Positions 39,178 through 50,140 are shown, counted from the stretch's first letter. The stretch is 64,000 bases of DNA from an uncultured Bacilli bacterium (GCA_944363885.1 CALVVO010000002.1:9632-73631); one strand, 5' to 3'. Notes: generated from the sequence alone by a model not told the origin. Numbers and translations are program-made.

Positions 39178-39924
39178 TTACGAACTTACTAAAGGACTAG
39201 TAGTAGAAAACATTCCACCATAAACAGAAGGAATTTTACCTTGTACCATTTTCACAAGAACAGGAATATCACTTTTAACAGTCACCTTTTTAGACAAAAA
39301 AGGCAAAATCACCTGTTCATTAACTTCAACTTCAACATAAATTTTAACAATTGCATTATTAATACCATATTCAATCACATCTGTCTTTACATTACTATAT
39401 ACCGCGCCTGCCAATTTATTTTTAACTGGTATTTTAGGCCCTATATCAGCAATAACAGATGAACCTGTAACAACACCCAAAGGAATATAATAAACAATTC
39501 CAGAAACATTATCTTTTTCATAAACATTACTAATTGGAATATCGAGTTCTTTTAGTTTCCCATTATCGAGTAGAATCAAATCTTCTTCAATACTATTAGT
39601 AATATCATATAAAATACTATTAACAACACTAGTATTAAAATCAACACTAATAATTTCATTTTCATCATTAACAGTTGTCAAAACCAACTCTTCAAGTCTA
39701 TCATCATTCAAAAAAGACAAAACAGATTTATTAATTACAGCCATAGCTATTCTTTCAGTTTCAACTTCAGCATAATTAACAAGAATTGGAGTAACTTTAC
39801 TATTGATTAACTTAAAAATCACTAAAACCACAAAGCAAACCAACAAAAATATAATTGCAATCTTATCTCTAAGTTTAATTGCAAAAGAAAATTTTCTAGT
39901 TTTTAACTTCATCCTATTACTCAT
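39178..39924 (-). CDS. YunB-like sporulation protein
   Basis: 248 aa. N-terminal TM, then IPLGVVTGSSVIADIGPKIPV... resembling the YunB family. Confidence 0.5.
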   Translation of the reverse strand: MSNRMKLKTRKFSFAIKLRDKIAIIFLLVCFVVLVIFKLINSKVTPILVNYAEVETERIAMAVINKSVLSFLNDDRLEELVLTTVNDENEIISVDFNTSVVNSILYDITNSIEEDLILLDNGKLKELDIPISNVYEKDNVSGIVYYIPLGVVTGSSVIADIGPKIPVKNKLAGAVYSNVKTDVIEYGINNAIVKIYVEVEVNEQVILPFLSKKVTVKSDIPVLVKMVQGKIPSVYGGMFSTTSPLVSS

Positions 39925-39956
39925 ATTAAATTATAGTGTAAAAAAAAAGAACTATT

Positions 39957-40877
39957 CTAAAATAGTCCTAAATTAAAAACATAATTCGCAATAACTAGCA
40001 AAGTTCCAAGTATTGAAATAACAAGAACAATTAAACTAATAATTACGAGAGTATTATTCTTTTTAACACTCTTTTCAAGTTCTTCAAAGCCTTCAAAATC
40101 TTCTTTGCTAAATGTCATAGAATTAGTATAAAAAGATTTATCTATTCCATTAACAACCTCTTTATCTTTTAAATTTTTCAATTCTTGTGTTTTTTCTAAC
40201 TCTTTATTTTTCTGATCTTCTTCTATTTCTTTAATTATTTCTCTTTTTAAATCTTCCTTAACTTTGTCAGGCTTCATAGGAGGCACTAATTCAACCTCAT
40301 CATTCGCATCACCCTTTAATTCATCTAACAAACCGACATCATCTTTATGAATAGTAACAGTATTAATTAAATCAATAAGAGTTCTCTCATCAGTATTAAA
40401 TTCTTCAAGTTCGTCTTTCTCATACTCTTTCTTTTCGTACATTTTTAACTGACTTAATATATCATATTGAGTATTATGAAGTTTTTTATACCTATCTCTC
40501 TCATAATTTATTTCTCTGCCTTCTCTAGCCTTTTCCAAAACAGAATTAATATCATAATCTCTGGGTTCTACTTTTTCTTCTTTAACCTCTTTTTCATGTA
40601 TTTCAGTAAATAAGTTTTCTCTTTTTGATACTGGCTTTTGGTTCATAGAAATCAGATATTTTTTAATTTTTTCCATATCAATGCTTTTTCCACCTGTTTC
40701 AATAACTTTAAAATTACTATTAGTTTGAACACGAGAAAGATCCCCATTACTAATGGTTTCATATAAATGCTTATTTTTACCGGTTCTAGTTTCAGAAATT
40801 ACACTATCATCTTCATTATATCTTTCCATTCTAGAATTCATACTATCCACCAATATTATAATATCATATTTACGCAA
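39957..40877 (-). CDS. hypothetical protein, charged coiled-coil with C-terminal TM anchor
   Basis: 306 aa, highly charged (E/K-rich). One C-terminal TM (LVIISLIVLVISILGTLLVIANYVF). Confidence 0.4.
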   Translation of the reverse strand: MRKYDIIILVDSMNSRMERYNEDDSVISETRTGKNKHLYETISNGDLSRVQTNSNFKVIETGGKSIDMEKIKKYLISMNQKPVSKRENLFTEIHEKEVKEEKVEPRDYDINSVLEKAREGREINYERDRYKKLHNTQYDILSQLKMYEKKEYEKDELEEFNTDERTLIDLINTVTIHKDDVGLLDELKGDANDEVELVPPMKPDKVKEDLKREIIKEIEEDQKNKELEKTQELKNLKDKEVVNGIDKSFYTNSMTFSKEDFEGFEELEKSVKKNNTLVIISLIVLVISILGTLLVIANYVFNLGLF

Positions 40878-40943
40878 AATTTTAAACTACAATTTGATTT
40901 TATATTATAATTTAGTATATAATAAATCTTAGGAGGAATAAGT

Positions 40944-41144
40944 ATGGAAAAAATAGTTATTAATAAAGAAGCATGTGTAGGATGTGGTATGTGTGTTCAC
41001 CAAAATCCAGATTACATAGTATTTGATGAAAACGGACACGCTGAACCAGTTGGAAAAGAAATCAATCCTGATGACAAAAAAAGCATACTAGAAAGTATTG
41101 AATGTTGTCCAACTGAAGCTATATGTATTGAAGAAGAAAAATAA
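40944..41144 (+). CDS. small 4Fe-4S ferredoxin
   Basis: 66 aa. CVGCGMC...CCP...C single-cluster ferredoxin pattern. AGGAGG RBS. Confidence 0.75.
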   Translation: MEKIVINKEACVGCGMCVHQNPDYIVFDENGHAEPVGKEINPDDKKSILESIECCPTEAICIEEEK

Positions 41145-41166
41145 AGCAAAAACCTGCTTTATTTTT

Positions 41167-41877
41167 TTATTTCAAACTATATAACTGTTTAACTTCTTTT
41201 AAAGATAACTTTCTATATTCACCGCTTTTTAATCCAGATAAATCCAAAAAAGCATACTTTTCCCTTTTTAACTTTAAAACATCATATCCTAAAAACGAAA
41301 ACATATCTTTAACCTGATGATTTCTACCCTCAGAAATAACAACTTTAACATAACTATAATCACTTTTTTTATCATATTTTTTTAATTTAAACAAAGCGGG
41401 TTTAGTTTTTTTCCCATTTAACAAAATACCCCTACTTAACAAAGTTGCATCATTTTTTTTAAAAAAGCCTTTTACTTTTGCAATATACTCTTTAGTTATA
41501 TTATTATTTGGATGTGTTAACAAATTTGATAGTTCACCATCATTTGTTAAAAGTATAATACCTGTAGTATCGTAATCCAATCTACCGACAGGATAAATTC
41601 TAGTTTCAGTGTTTATTAAATCAACAACAGTTTTCCTACCCTTTTCATCTTTAACAGAACTTATAACTTCTCTAGGCTTATAAAGCAAATAATATTCTTT
41701 TAAACTTTTACTAATCACTTCACCATTAACACTTACAACATCACTATCACTAACTTTTACACCAAGAGTTTTTACAACCTCACCATTAACCTTTACTTTA
41801 CCACTAACGATAAGTTCTTCACTTTTTCTTCTAGAAGCAACACCACATTCACTCAAAAACTTTTGCAATCTTTCCAT
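41167..41877 (-). CDS. rluB: pseudouridine synthase, RsuA/RluB family (S4 + catalytic domain)
   Basis: 236 aa. N-terminal S4 domain (MERLQKFLSECGVASRRKSEELIVSGKVKVNG) and the catalytic-Asp motif RLDYDTTG. Confidence 0.85.
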   Translation of the reverse strand: MERLQKFLSECGVASRRKSEELIVSGKVKVNGEVVKTLGVKVSDSDVVSVNGEVISKSLKEYYLLYKPREVISSVKDEKGRKTVVDLINTETRIYPVGRLDYDTTGIILLTNDGELSNLLTHPNNNITKEYIAKVKGFFKKNDATLLSRGILLNGKKTKPALFKLKKYDKKSDYSYVKVVISEGRNHQVKDMFSFLGYDVLKLKREKYAFLDLSGLKSGEYRKLSLKEVKQLYSLK

Positions 41878-41904
41878 AAAACATCACAAAAACATTATAA
41901 ATTA

Positions 41905-42963
41905 CTATTTCCAAAAAAACAACCAATTCTTAATCTTCTTTAATTTACTTTCTTTACTAATAGCATATATTTCTTCTTTATGCACTAATTCATCTTTAAC
42001 GTAAACATATACATAACCAACTTGTTCATTATCACTGACCTTATCTAGCTTTTTTAATTTTATTTCCAGCCTTATTTTATCTTTTTCATCTTCACTTAGC
42101 ATAACTTCAAAATCATTTTTAATATATAAGTGATAATCTTTATAATAATCTTCTTTTAAAGAAAATGTATATCTATTAAGTATCATATATTTATCATACT
42201 TATCAAAAGTTTCTTCATACAAATTTTTATGAGTATTAAATCTATCAGTATCTTTTATTGTCGCAATTACTAATTCTTCTTCACCTTTTTTAGCACTAGA
42301 AACAAAAACATGTTTACTACTAGTAGTATAGCCAATTTTACCACTTGTCGCATACCTATAAAGAGTTAACAACTTATTTTTATTATACCAAATATGTCTT
42401 TCTATATTAGAGTCCACAGTATACTTTGTTTGCCCGGTTATTTCCATAAAAGTATCGTTATTAGTAGCATATCTCATAAGAAGTGCCATATCATAAGCAG
42501 TAGAATAATTTTTAGTATCATCATCAAGCCCATGTGGATTTTCAAAAACAGTATTTTTCATACCAATAGAGACCGCTTTTCTATTCATTTCATCAATAAA
42601 CTTATCATAAGGCATAACATTACTAGCGATAACCATTGCTGCATCATTACCACTTTGGTAAATTAATCCATAAAGCAAATCTTTTAAAGTTAACTCCTCA
42701 CCAACATCCAAGTAAAGCATAGAACCATAGACAGAATTAACCTCTTCACCAGCTTCAATAACCAAATCTAAAGGAGCATTTTCTAAAGCCACCAAAGCAG
42801 TCATTATTTTAGTAGTAGAAGCAATCAAATTTTTCTCATTCATATTAGAACTCATTAAAACTCTTCCAGAACTTGCATCCATAACCACATATGCATGTAC
42901 TGAAGCGTTTACATTAGAGTCTAACAAAAACAAACATAAAAATAAGAATATCAACTTTTTCAT
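41905..42963 (-). CDS. D-alanyl-D-alanine carboxypeptidase (peptidase S11, DacA/DacF-like)
   Basis: Signal peptide, SxxK active site (ASTTKIMT), SGN motif (QSGND) and KTG-like region. Confidence 0.8.
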   Translation of the reverse strand: MKKLIFLFLCLFLLDSNVNASVHAYVVMDASSGRVLMSSNMNEKNLIASTTKIMTALVALENAPLDLVIEAGEEVNSVYGSMLYLDVGEELTLKDLLYGLIYQSGNDAAMVIASNVMPYDKFIDEMNRKAVSIGMKNTVFENPHGLDDDTKNYSTAYDMALLMRYATNNDTFMEITGQTKYTVDSNIERHIWYNKNKLLTLYRYATSGKIGYTTSSKHVFVSSAKKGEEELVIATIKDTDRFNTHKNLYEETFDKYDKYMILNRYTFSLKEDYYKDYHLYIKNDFEVMLSEDEKDKIRLEIKLKKLDKVSDNEQVGYVYVYVKDELVHKEEIYAISKESKLKKIKNWLFFWK

Positions 42964-43001
42964 AGTAATATATTATGAAAAAACATACTATTTATTACTA
43001 A

Positions 43002-43841
43002 CTAAAAAAGCATTATAACCATGCCAGAAACGACACTTATCAAATACAAAATTCCTAAAATCATAAAGTTTTCTTTTAAATTTTTATTATACTTAAACAA
43101 AATTAACAAAGCCATTCCACTATTAGCCAAAAGTCCAGCGATTAACGAACCAAAAGAAATCGCATTATTCAAAAACAATTCCGTAATAATTACACTAGAA
43201 GCACAATTAGGAATTAGTCCTAATAAACTAATTACAAACGGACCAAAAATACTATCTTTTAAAAATATTGAAGAAACAAGACTACTTTCCAAAGTTTCCA
43301 TAACTAATGAAATAGCAAAATTAACCAAAAATATAAACACAAATATATGGAAAGTATGTTTTAAAGAAGAGACAAAGACCCCTTCTTCACAATGACAATT
43401 CTCTTCATCACAAATACTATAATCAACACTAATTTTCTTATTTCTAAATAACAAATCAATTAAAACACCGAAAAAAATACCTATACACAATTTAATTAAC
43501 AAAACTTGCAATATAATAGTAATATTTATATTATTACTAATCATTATCGGCAACATCTCATCACTAGTAGCCAAATAAATACTTATTAAAGTTCCCAATG
43601 ACAAAATTCTTGTAACATATAAATTAGTTGCAACAACAGAAAAACCGCATTGCGGAATCAACCCAAAAAAGGCTCCAACAACAGGCCCAAATCTACCTGA
43701 ATTTTCAATTATTTTCTCACTTTTTTTACTAAATTTATGTTCAATTAACTCAATAATTAAAAAAGCAACAAATAAAAAAGGAAGAATTTTTAAACTATCT
43801 TTTAAAGAATGTAAAAAAATATGTATTACTTCATCTATCAT
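43002..43841 (-). CDS. polytopic membrane protein with internal two-fold repeat and Cys/His-rich central loop (putative metal transporter)
   Basis: Start at MIDEV (AGGGGTG RBS). Duplicated motifs GLIPQCGFSV and GLIPNCASSV flank a loop CDEENCHCEEG. Confidence 0.45.
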   Translation of the reverse strand: MIDEVIHIFLHSLKDSLKILPFLFVAFLIIELIEHKFSKKSEKIIENSGRFGPVVGAFFGLIPQCGFSVVATNLYVTRILSLGTLISIYLATSDEMLPIMISNNINITIILQVLLIKLCIGIFFGVLIDLLFRNKKISVDYSICDEENCHCEEGVFVSSLKHTFHIFVFIFLVNFAISLVMETLESSLVSSIFLKDSIFGPFVISLLGLIPNCASSVIITELFLNNAISFGSLIAGLLANSGMALLILFKYNKNLKENFMILGILYLISVVSGMVIMLF

Positions 43842-43891
43842 ACTTTCACCCCTATAAACAATAGAATTGTAACACTTTAAGTAGAAAAAAG

Positions 43892-46042
43892 TCAATTTTC
43901 TTCTAAAGGATTAATCAAACTTAAAGAAAACTTATTTTTTTCTAAATCAATATCAGTTACATAGCAGGTAACAATATCACCAACTGACAAAATATCACTA
44001 GGATGTTTTATATAACTATTAGTAAGTTTAGATATATGAGCCAGTCCATCATTTTTAAGACCAACATCAATAAAAACTCCAAAATCAACTACATTCCTAA
44101 CAGTACCTTCAAGTTTCATACCAACTTTTAAATTTTCAATTTTAAGAATATCACTTTTCAAAATAGGCTTATCAATTTCATCTCTTGGATCTCTAAGAGG
44201 TTTCTTTAAAGACTCAATTATATCAGAAAGCAAATATTTATCAGTTGAAATAGAAGATAAATTATCTAAATCAATATTTTCTAGCACATTTTTCACTTCT
44301 TCAGTACCTATATTTTTAATATCAATATTAAATTTATCTAAAATTTTAAAAGCAATATCATAGCTTTCTGGGTGAATTGAAGTCATATCCAAGAGATTAT
44401 TACCATCTACAATTCTCAAAAAACCAATACTTTGTTCATAGGATTTAGCCGTCATTCCATTTAAATGCCTAACTTCCTCCCTATCATTAAACCTACCAAA
44501 TTTATTTCTATATTCCAAAATAGAATTAATAAGTTTTTTTGACAAGCCAGATACATAATTAAGCAAACTTTGCGAAGCAGTATTAATATTTACACCAACA
44601 TTATTAACAACTTTACTAACAACAAAATCTAGTCCTTCCTCCAATTTTTTTGAAGAAACATCATGTTGATACTGTCCAACGCCAATACTCTTCGGATCAA
44701 TCTTTACATATTCACTTAAAGGATCTTGAAGTCTTCTTCCTATACTAATTGCACTTCTTTCTTCAACATGCAAATCAGGAAATTCACTAATGGCAAGTTT
44801 ACTAGCAGAATAAACACTTGCCCCACTTTCACTAACTATAATATATTTAACTGGCCTCTTTGAATCCTTAATAACGTCAACTATAAAAGCCTCACTTTCT
44901 CTAGAAGCAGTTCCATTCCCAATAGCAATAACATCCACCAAAAACTTATCAATTAACTCCAAAACAATTTTCTTACTCTTATCATACTCACATTTAGGCT
45001 CATGTGGATAAATAACACCAATATAAACAGGCTTACCCGTTTTATCAATTACACTAATCTTACAACCAGTTCTAAAAGCAGGATCCAAAGCTAACACAAT
45101 CTTTTCTTTCATAGGCGGAGTTAACAACAAATTTTCAAGGTTTTTACTAAACAACTTAATTGCTTCATCTTCACACCTTTCAAAAATCTCACTTTTAACC
45201 TCCCTAACAACACTCGGAAAAATCAACCTTTTAAAAGAATCTATGATTGCATCTAAAACATAATCCTTAACAAAAGAATCATTATCTTTAATTATTTTAC
45301 TAGAAAGATAGTTAATAATATAATTCTTATCAACATCAATATTTAATGAAATTACCTTTTCATTAACCGCGCGGTTCATCGCCAAATATCTATGCGATTT
45401 AACATATTTCACTGGCTCTTTGTAGTCATAATACATCTCATAAAGCTTACCTTCATCATCACCTATTTTTTTAGTGACAAAAACGCCATTATTAAAAACA
45501 TAATTTCTAATCCATTTTCTATAATAAGCATTATCACTAATCCATTCAGCAATTATATAAGAAGCTCCAACCAAAGCATCACTAGTAGTCTTAACTTTAT
45601 CATTAACAAACTTATTAGCCATTTCATTCAAAGAACCTTTTAAAGGAAAAGACATAATCATTTTAGCTAAAGGAGTCAAACCGTTAGAAATAGCCTCAGT
45701 TGCTTTAGTTTTTTTCTTTTCCTTAAAAGGCCTATACAAGTCTTCAACTAAAACCAATTTGTCACATTTTAATATCTCATCCTTAAGTTCAGGAGTTAAT
45801 AAACCCTTTTCATCTATAAGTCTAATAACATCCTCTTTTCTTTTTAACAAATTAACTTGATACTCATAAACCTCACTAATATTTCTTATTTGTTCTTCAT
45901 TCAAATTTCCAGTAACTTCTTTTCTATATCTTGCTATAAAAGGAATAGTACTTCCTTCACTAAGTAATTTCAAAACACTTCTAATTGAATTTTCGCTAAC
46001 ATTTATTTTAGTACTAATCTCTTTAATAATATTTTCATTCAT
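43892..46042 (-). CDS. tex: transcription accessory protein Tex
   Basis: N-terminus SIRSVLKLLSEGSTIPFIARYRKE, YqgF/RNase-H-like and HhH regions, and a C-terminal S1 domain. Start at MNENI. Confidence 0.9.
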   Translation of the reverse strand: MNENIIKEISTKINVSENSIRSVLKLLSEGSTIPFIARYRKEVTGNLNEEQIRNISEVYEYQVNLLKRKEDVIRLIDEKGLLTPELKDEILKCDKLVLVEDLYRPFKEKKKTKATEAISNGLTPLAKMIMSFPLKGSLNEMANKFVNDKVKTTSDALVGASYIIAEWISDNAYYRKWIRNYVFNNGVFVTKKIGDDEGKLYEMYYDYKEPVKYVKSHRYLAMNRAVNEKVISLNIDVDKNYIINYLSSKIIKDNDSFVKDYVLDAIIDSFKRLIFPSVVREVKSEIFERCEDEAIKLFSKNLENLLLTPPMKEKIVLALDPAFRTGCKISVIDKTGKPVYIGVIYPHEPKCEYDKSKKIVLELIDKFLVDVIAIGNGTASRESEAFIVDVIKDSKRPVKYIIVSESGASVYSASKLAISEFPDLHVEERSAISIGRRLQDPLSEYVKIDPKSIGVGQYQHDVSSKKLEEGLDFVVSKVVNNVGVNINTASQSLLNYVSGLSKKLINSILEYRNKFGRFNDREEVRHLNGMTAKSYEQSIGFLRIVDGNNLLDMTSIHPESYDIAFKILDKFNIDIKNIGTEEVKNVLENIDLDNLSSISTDKYLLSDIIESLKKPLRDPRDEIDKPILKSDILKIENLKVGMKLEGTVRNVVDFGVFIDVGLKNDGLAHISKLTNSYIKHPSDILSVGDIVTCYVTDIDLEKNKFSLSLINPLEEN

Positions 46043-46120
46043 AACATTCACCAGTAAAATTATAAAATACAAACAAAAAAAAGCATAGACTTTTAAAGAA
46101 TCTATACTTTTTATTTACAT

Positions 46121-46684
46121 TTATTTATCATCATCTTCATAATTATAAGTACCATGTAATTTTTCTTTAGTAATAGTATCTAAATCTTCCACTACCCACT
46201 TATTATCTTCTTTAATAAGATTAATTGTAATTGTATATTCGACATATTCATCAGCCTTATAAAGTTCATCAAGTATATATTTATTGACTTTTAACAAATC
46301 TCTATTAGTTGTATCATCCGCATAAAATTCTTCTTCATGTTCATCGATATAATTTTCTGCATCTTTTCTTGCTTTATACAGATCATAAACCTTTATTTTA
46401 ACTTCAACACTCGCAGTATCACCATCAATATTTTCTCCAGTAACCTCATAAGTCATATCCTGATATTGTCTTTTCATAACATCGATATACTTATCCTTAT
46501 GTTCAGTAGTTGTCAATCCAGAAGCCTCACTACTAAGTTCCAAATCACTTAAAACACCTTCATCCAAATTTTTATATCTCATCAAAAATTCTTCGGTTTT
46601 TTTAGTAGGAGTATTCATATTAAAATCACAACTACAGCCAACTAAAACCAACAAAAACGCGAATACTAGAAACAATTTTTTCAT
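46121..46684 (-). CDS. lipoprotein
   Basis: GAGGAGG RBS. MKKLFLVFAFLLVLVGCS lipobox. Acidic mature domain. Confidence 0.55.
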   Translation of the reverse strand: MKKLFLVFAFLLVLVGCSCDFNMNTPTKKTEEFLMRYKNLDEGVLSDLELSSEASGLTTTEHKDKYIDVMKRQYQDMTYEVTGENIDGDTASVEVKIKVYDLYKARKDAENYIDEHEEEFYADDTTNRDLLKVNKYILDELYKADEYVEYTITINLIKEDNKWVVEDLDTITKEKLHGTYNYEDDDK

Positions 46685-46724
46685 TATGTCCTCCTCATTT
46701 ATATCATTTACAGAAAGAAAAAAT

Positions 46725-47360
46725 TTATACATTTTTAACGTATAAATTCAAAATTTCATTTAATTTGTTAAGTTTATCACTATATTGACTAGTAACATCT
46801 TTAATTAAATCATCATAGCAACTTTTACCAACATATATTTTATTATTCCACTCATAATATAAATACTTAAGAAGTTCTAAATTATCTTTATGATCATTTA
46901 TCTTTGAAACCACATCATTAATAATTACCTCTTCATCCCTAGTAAATTTATTTACAAAGTTATCTTTACAAACAATATTAAAACTAACATCTTTTACTTT
47001 CAAATTATTAGCTAAATCAATAACTTCAAGTTCTTCGCCAATTACTAGTTTACTCTTTTTAACTGACGTTCCACCATCATCTAACATAACAGCAAAAGCA
47101 TCAAAACCATTAGTTAATACAAAAGCATATTTAACAGTTTTAAGCATTCGGCCTTTATACTGTTGTGCTTTATCTCTAACCAAAGACAACAACTCTTCAT
47201 CTACTACAACCTTATTATTTAGAAATTTATCATATTTCTTATCACTTAGTTTAATCAAAGGAATTTTTCTATAATGAGTAATACTATCAGTATCTTTCCA
47301 ATCATAAAAATCATAAAGTCTATCACTAAAATTCAAAGTCAAATCATAAATATAAATCAT
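46725..47360 (-). CDS. hypothetical protein
   Basis: Start at MIYIYDL (AAAGGGA RBS). ATGA overlap with the upstream small gene. Confidence 0.45.
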   Translation of the reverse strand: MIYIYDLTLNFSDRLYDFYDWKDTDSITHYRKIPLIKLSDKKYDKFLNNKVVVDEELLSLVRDKAQQYKGRMLKTVKYAFVLTNGFDAFAVMLDDGGTSVKKSKLVIGEELEVIDLANNLKVKDVSFNIVCKDNFVNKFTRDEEVIINDVVSKINDHKDNLELLKYLYYEWNNKIYVGKSCYDDLIKDVTSQYSDKLNKLNEILNLYVKNV

Positions 47361-47581
47361 AACATATTTCCCTTTCTCTTTAACATTGATATAATAACTA
47401 AACAAATACCAGGAATAAATGCAATTATTTCTAATCTCCTAATTATAAAATTAACATATTCAGAAAAAGTATACCCCATATTTAACAAATTAATATAAAT
47501 AATTAAAAAAGATATAGAAATACTTATAAGAACAATACCAATTACAAATAAAACAGCTTTCATAATCATGTAAATCACCAT
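47357..47581 (-). CDS. small membrane protein
   Basis: 74 aa with two predicted TM helices. Its stop overlaps the start of the next gene. Confidence 0.4.
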   Translation of the reverse strand: MVIYMIMKAVLFVIGIVLISISISFLIIYINLLNMGYTFSEYVNFIIRRLEIIAFIPGICLVIISMLKRKGNML

Positions 47582-47627
47582 TAATATTTTATTTATTAAA
47601 TATCAATATTATTATATAATTTAATAG

Positions 47628-48443
47628 GTGATTAAATTGATAGAAATAATAAAATACATAATATTAGGAATTATACAAGGGTTTACTGAACCATTACCAA
47701 TATCATCAAGTGGTCACGTATATATCTTACGAAGCGTATTAAATGTTGGTGAATTAACAGATTTAAATTTTGAAATAATTGTTAACTTTGGTAGTTTAAT
47801 AGCTATTTTACTTATATATTATAAAGATATAAAAAAACTAATTATAAACTTTTTTAAATACTTTAAAGTTAAAAACGAAGAAACAAAAAATGATTTCAAA
47901 TATTGCATTTTAATAATTTTAGGTGTAATACCAATTGGTATAGTAGGTTTTTTATTTAAAGACCAAATCGAAAACTTTTTAAACAGCACAAAAATAATAG
48001 GAATATCTTTTCTAATAACAGCCTTATTTTTATATTTAGTAAGAAATATAAAAGGAAAGAAAAATGACAATGATTTAACTTGGAAAGATGCTTTAATAAT
48101 AGGATTAGTCCAAATAATAGCTGTAATACCAGGAATTAGCAGAAGCGGTTCAACATTAATAGCTGCATTATTTTGCAATATAAAAAGAGAGAGTGCCTTT
48201 AAATATTCATTTATGCTTTATATACCAATAAGTGTTGGAACTACACTATTAGGAATAAAAGATTTAATTACAATGCCAAATATACACGAAATGATATTAC
48301 CATACGGACTAGGATTTATAGCATCATTAATAGTATCTTTCTTTACTTTAAGATGGTTTATGAACATAGTAAAAAAAGGAAAATTCATTTATTTCAGCAT
48401 ATATTGTTTAATATTAGGACTAGCAGTATTACTATTTTTATAA
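47628..48443 (+). CDS. uppP: undecaprenyl-diphosphatase (BacA/UppP)
   Basis: 271 aa. GFTEPLPISSSGH and PGISRSGST signature motifs. Confidence 0.9.
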   Translation: MIKLIEIIKYIILGIIQGFTEPLPISSSGHVYILRSVLNVGELTDLNFEIIVNFGSLIAILLIYYKDIKKLIINFFKYFKVKNEETKNDFKYCILIILGVIPIGIVGFLFKDQIENFLNSTKIIGISFLITALFLYLVRNIKGKKNDNDLTWKDALIIGLVQIIAVIPGISRSGSTLIAALFCNIKRESAFKYSFMLYIPISVGTTLLGIKDLITMPNIHEMILPYGLGFIASLIVSFFTLRWFMNIVKKGKFIYFSIYCLILGLAVLLFL

Positions 48444-48478
48444 AAATAAAAAGGCCTTGCTTATAACAAGGTCTTAAT

Positions 48479-50140
48479 TTATTCACTTAAATCAGTAAAT
48501 TCAAAGTCATCCAAAACTTCCATTTCACTACTATTAGTTCCATCATCGGATACTTCACCAGAATCTTCTATTTCAGTTACATCATCCGTTGGCTTTTCTA
48601 CCTCAATTTCTTCTTCGACGTCTTCTTTATTATCTTTTTCTTCTACAATCTCTTCTCTATCAGAAGATCCAGAACGTTTCCATAAATTATAAATCTCCTC
48701 TTTAATAACTTTAGAGTCAACATATAAATATTGCTGTTGATTTTTCAAAGATTTAAGTCTCTCATTATATTCTATTAATAAAATACTATCAGAAAGCTTA
48801 GACAGCTTATTCTCACAAATATCATTACTAGAAATCTCTAGGTTAAGAATATCTAATATTTTCTCTTCTTTACTTATCTCACTTTGTAAAGTTGCATAAT
48901 TTATGTCAAGATTTTTAAGTTCTTCTTTATAAGCATATATATCATCTATATATTCATTTTCAAGATATCTATTATTTTCAATATCAACTTTAATTTCACC
49001 AATAAGTGTATCAATATTCTTTAATTCTTCATCCGAAATATCTAAAGTATTAACGCCATAAAGTCTAGTTTCTAAATAAAACAATTTATTTTCACTACAC
49101 ATTCTAGCCTGTTTTACATCTTCACTTAAATTCTTACTAACACTAATTAAATTAAGAACTTCAGACTTTCTAGCATTAATTCCTTCCAAATTAGCTTTAT
49201 ATTTTGATATTTTTTCTTTATGATAAGTTTGTTTAACATGGATTCGATTTTTTTCTTCTTCGTTGTCATAATTATAACTAGAAACCTTACCTTTCAAATT
49301 AACACTCATTTTTTCATAATTATCAATAATTTCAAAAATATTAGATCCGTTAATTTCTTCTTGAGTACATTTCAACTCACAATTTGCCATTTTAACCAAA
49401 GAATCAATTTCGTCTTTAACATCATTAATGTCCTTATTCCCCTTAAATGCATCCAATATTTTTCCGCCTAAAACTTCTGCACTGTTTTGCCATACATCGA
49501 CTGAAGAATCAATGATTTCAATTTCCTTCTTACAATTAGATAACATTAATTTATCTTTATTAAAAGTTAAATCGTCCATATATCTATCATCAGAAATTTT
49601 CTTTTCAACTTCATTAAGTCTAATAGTATTGAAATTTATTTCATCCTCAACCCTAATTATTTCCTCTTCTAAATATTTTTTACGATTAACTTCTTTTTCT
49701 TTATTATGAATACTATCTAAAGTATCCTCATATTCTTTTTTAATTTCATCAGAAGGCGACATCTCATTTTTTATCATTAATTTCTTAGAAAGCTTATTTA
49801 ATCTTTTAATATCTTCCTCTAAAGATTTAAAATAAGTTTCTCCGCTTTCCAATGTTCTGTTAAATCCCTCTAATTCAGAATAATACTCTTCCTTTTCTTG
49901 GTTAAGTAACTTAATCATTTTCTCCAAATAGCTTTTTTCATTTAAATCTTTATCCTTATCCATCTGGAGAATATAATCGTCTTTTTCAAGCTTGTCATCT
50001 AGTTTATTTTTTTCTTTAACTAATTTTTTCTTTTTTTCTTCTAACCTCACCACTTCATTAGAAACCACTTGAACTCCCAAATCTGTACCAGATTTTTTTA
50101 CTAAAATATTAATCAAATCTTCTAATGCTTTATAGTTCAT
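48479..50140 (-). CDS. long coiled-coil protein, acidic C-terminus (paralogue A)
   Basis: 553 aa. Heptad-rich throughout. The N-terminus ALEDLINILVKKSG and the internal motif VWQNSAEVLGGKILDAFKGNKD are shared with the downstream paralogue. Confidence 0.5.
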   Translation of the reverse strand: MNYKALEDLINILVKKSGTDLGVQVVSNEVVRLEEKKKKLVKEKNKLDDKLEKDDYILQMDKDKDLNEKSYLEKMIKLLNQEKEEYYSELEGFNRTLESGETYFKSLEEDIKRLNKLSKKLMIKNEMSPSDEIKKEYEDTLDSIHNKEKEVNRKKYLEEEIIRVEDEINFNTIRLNEVEKKISDDRYMDDLTFNKDKLMLSNCKKEIEIIDSSVDVWQNSAEVLGGKILDAFKGNKDINDVKDEIDSLVKMANCELKCTQEEINGSNIFEIIDNYEKMSVNLKGKVSSYNYDNEEEKNRIHVKQTYHKEKISKYKANLEGINARKSEVLNLISVSKNLSEDVKQARMCSENKLFYLETRLYGVNTLDISDEELKNIDTLIGEIKVDIENNRYLENEYIDDIYAYKEELKNLDINYATLQSEISKEEKILDILNLEISSNDICENKLSKLSDSILLIEYNERLKSLKNQQQYLYVDSKVIKEEIYNLWKRSGSSDREEIVEEKDNKEDVEEEIEVEKPTDDVTEIEDSGEVSDDGTNSSEMEVLDDFEFTDLSE

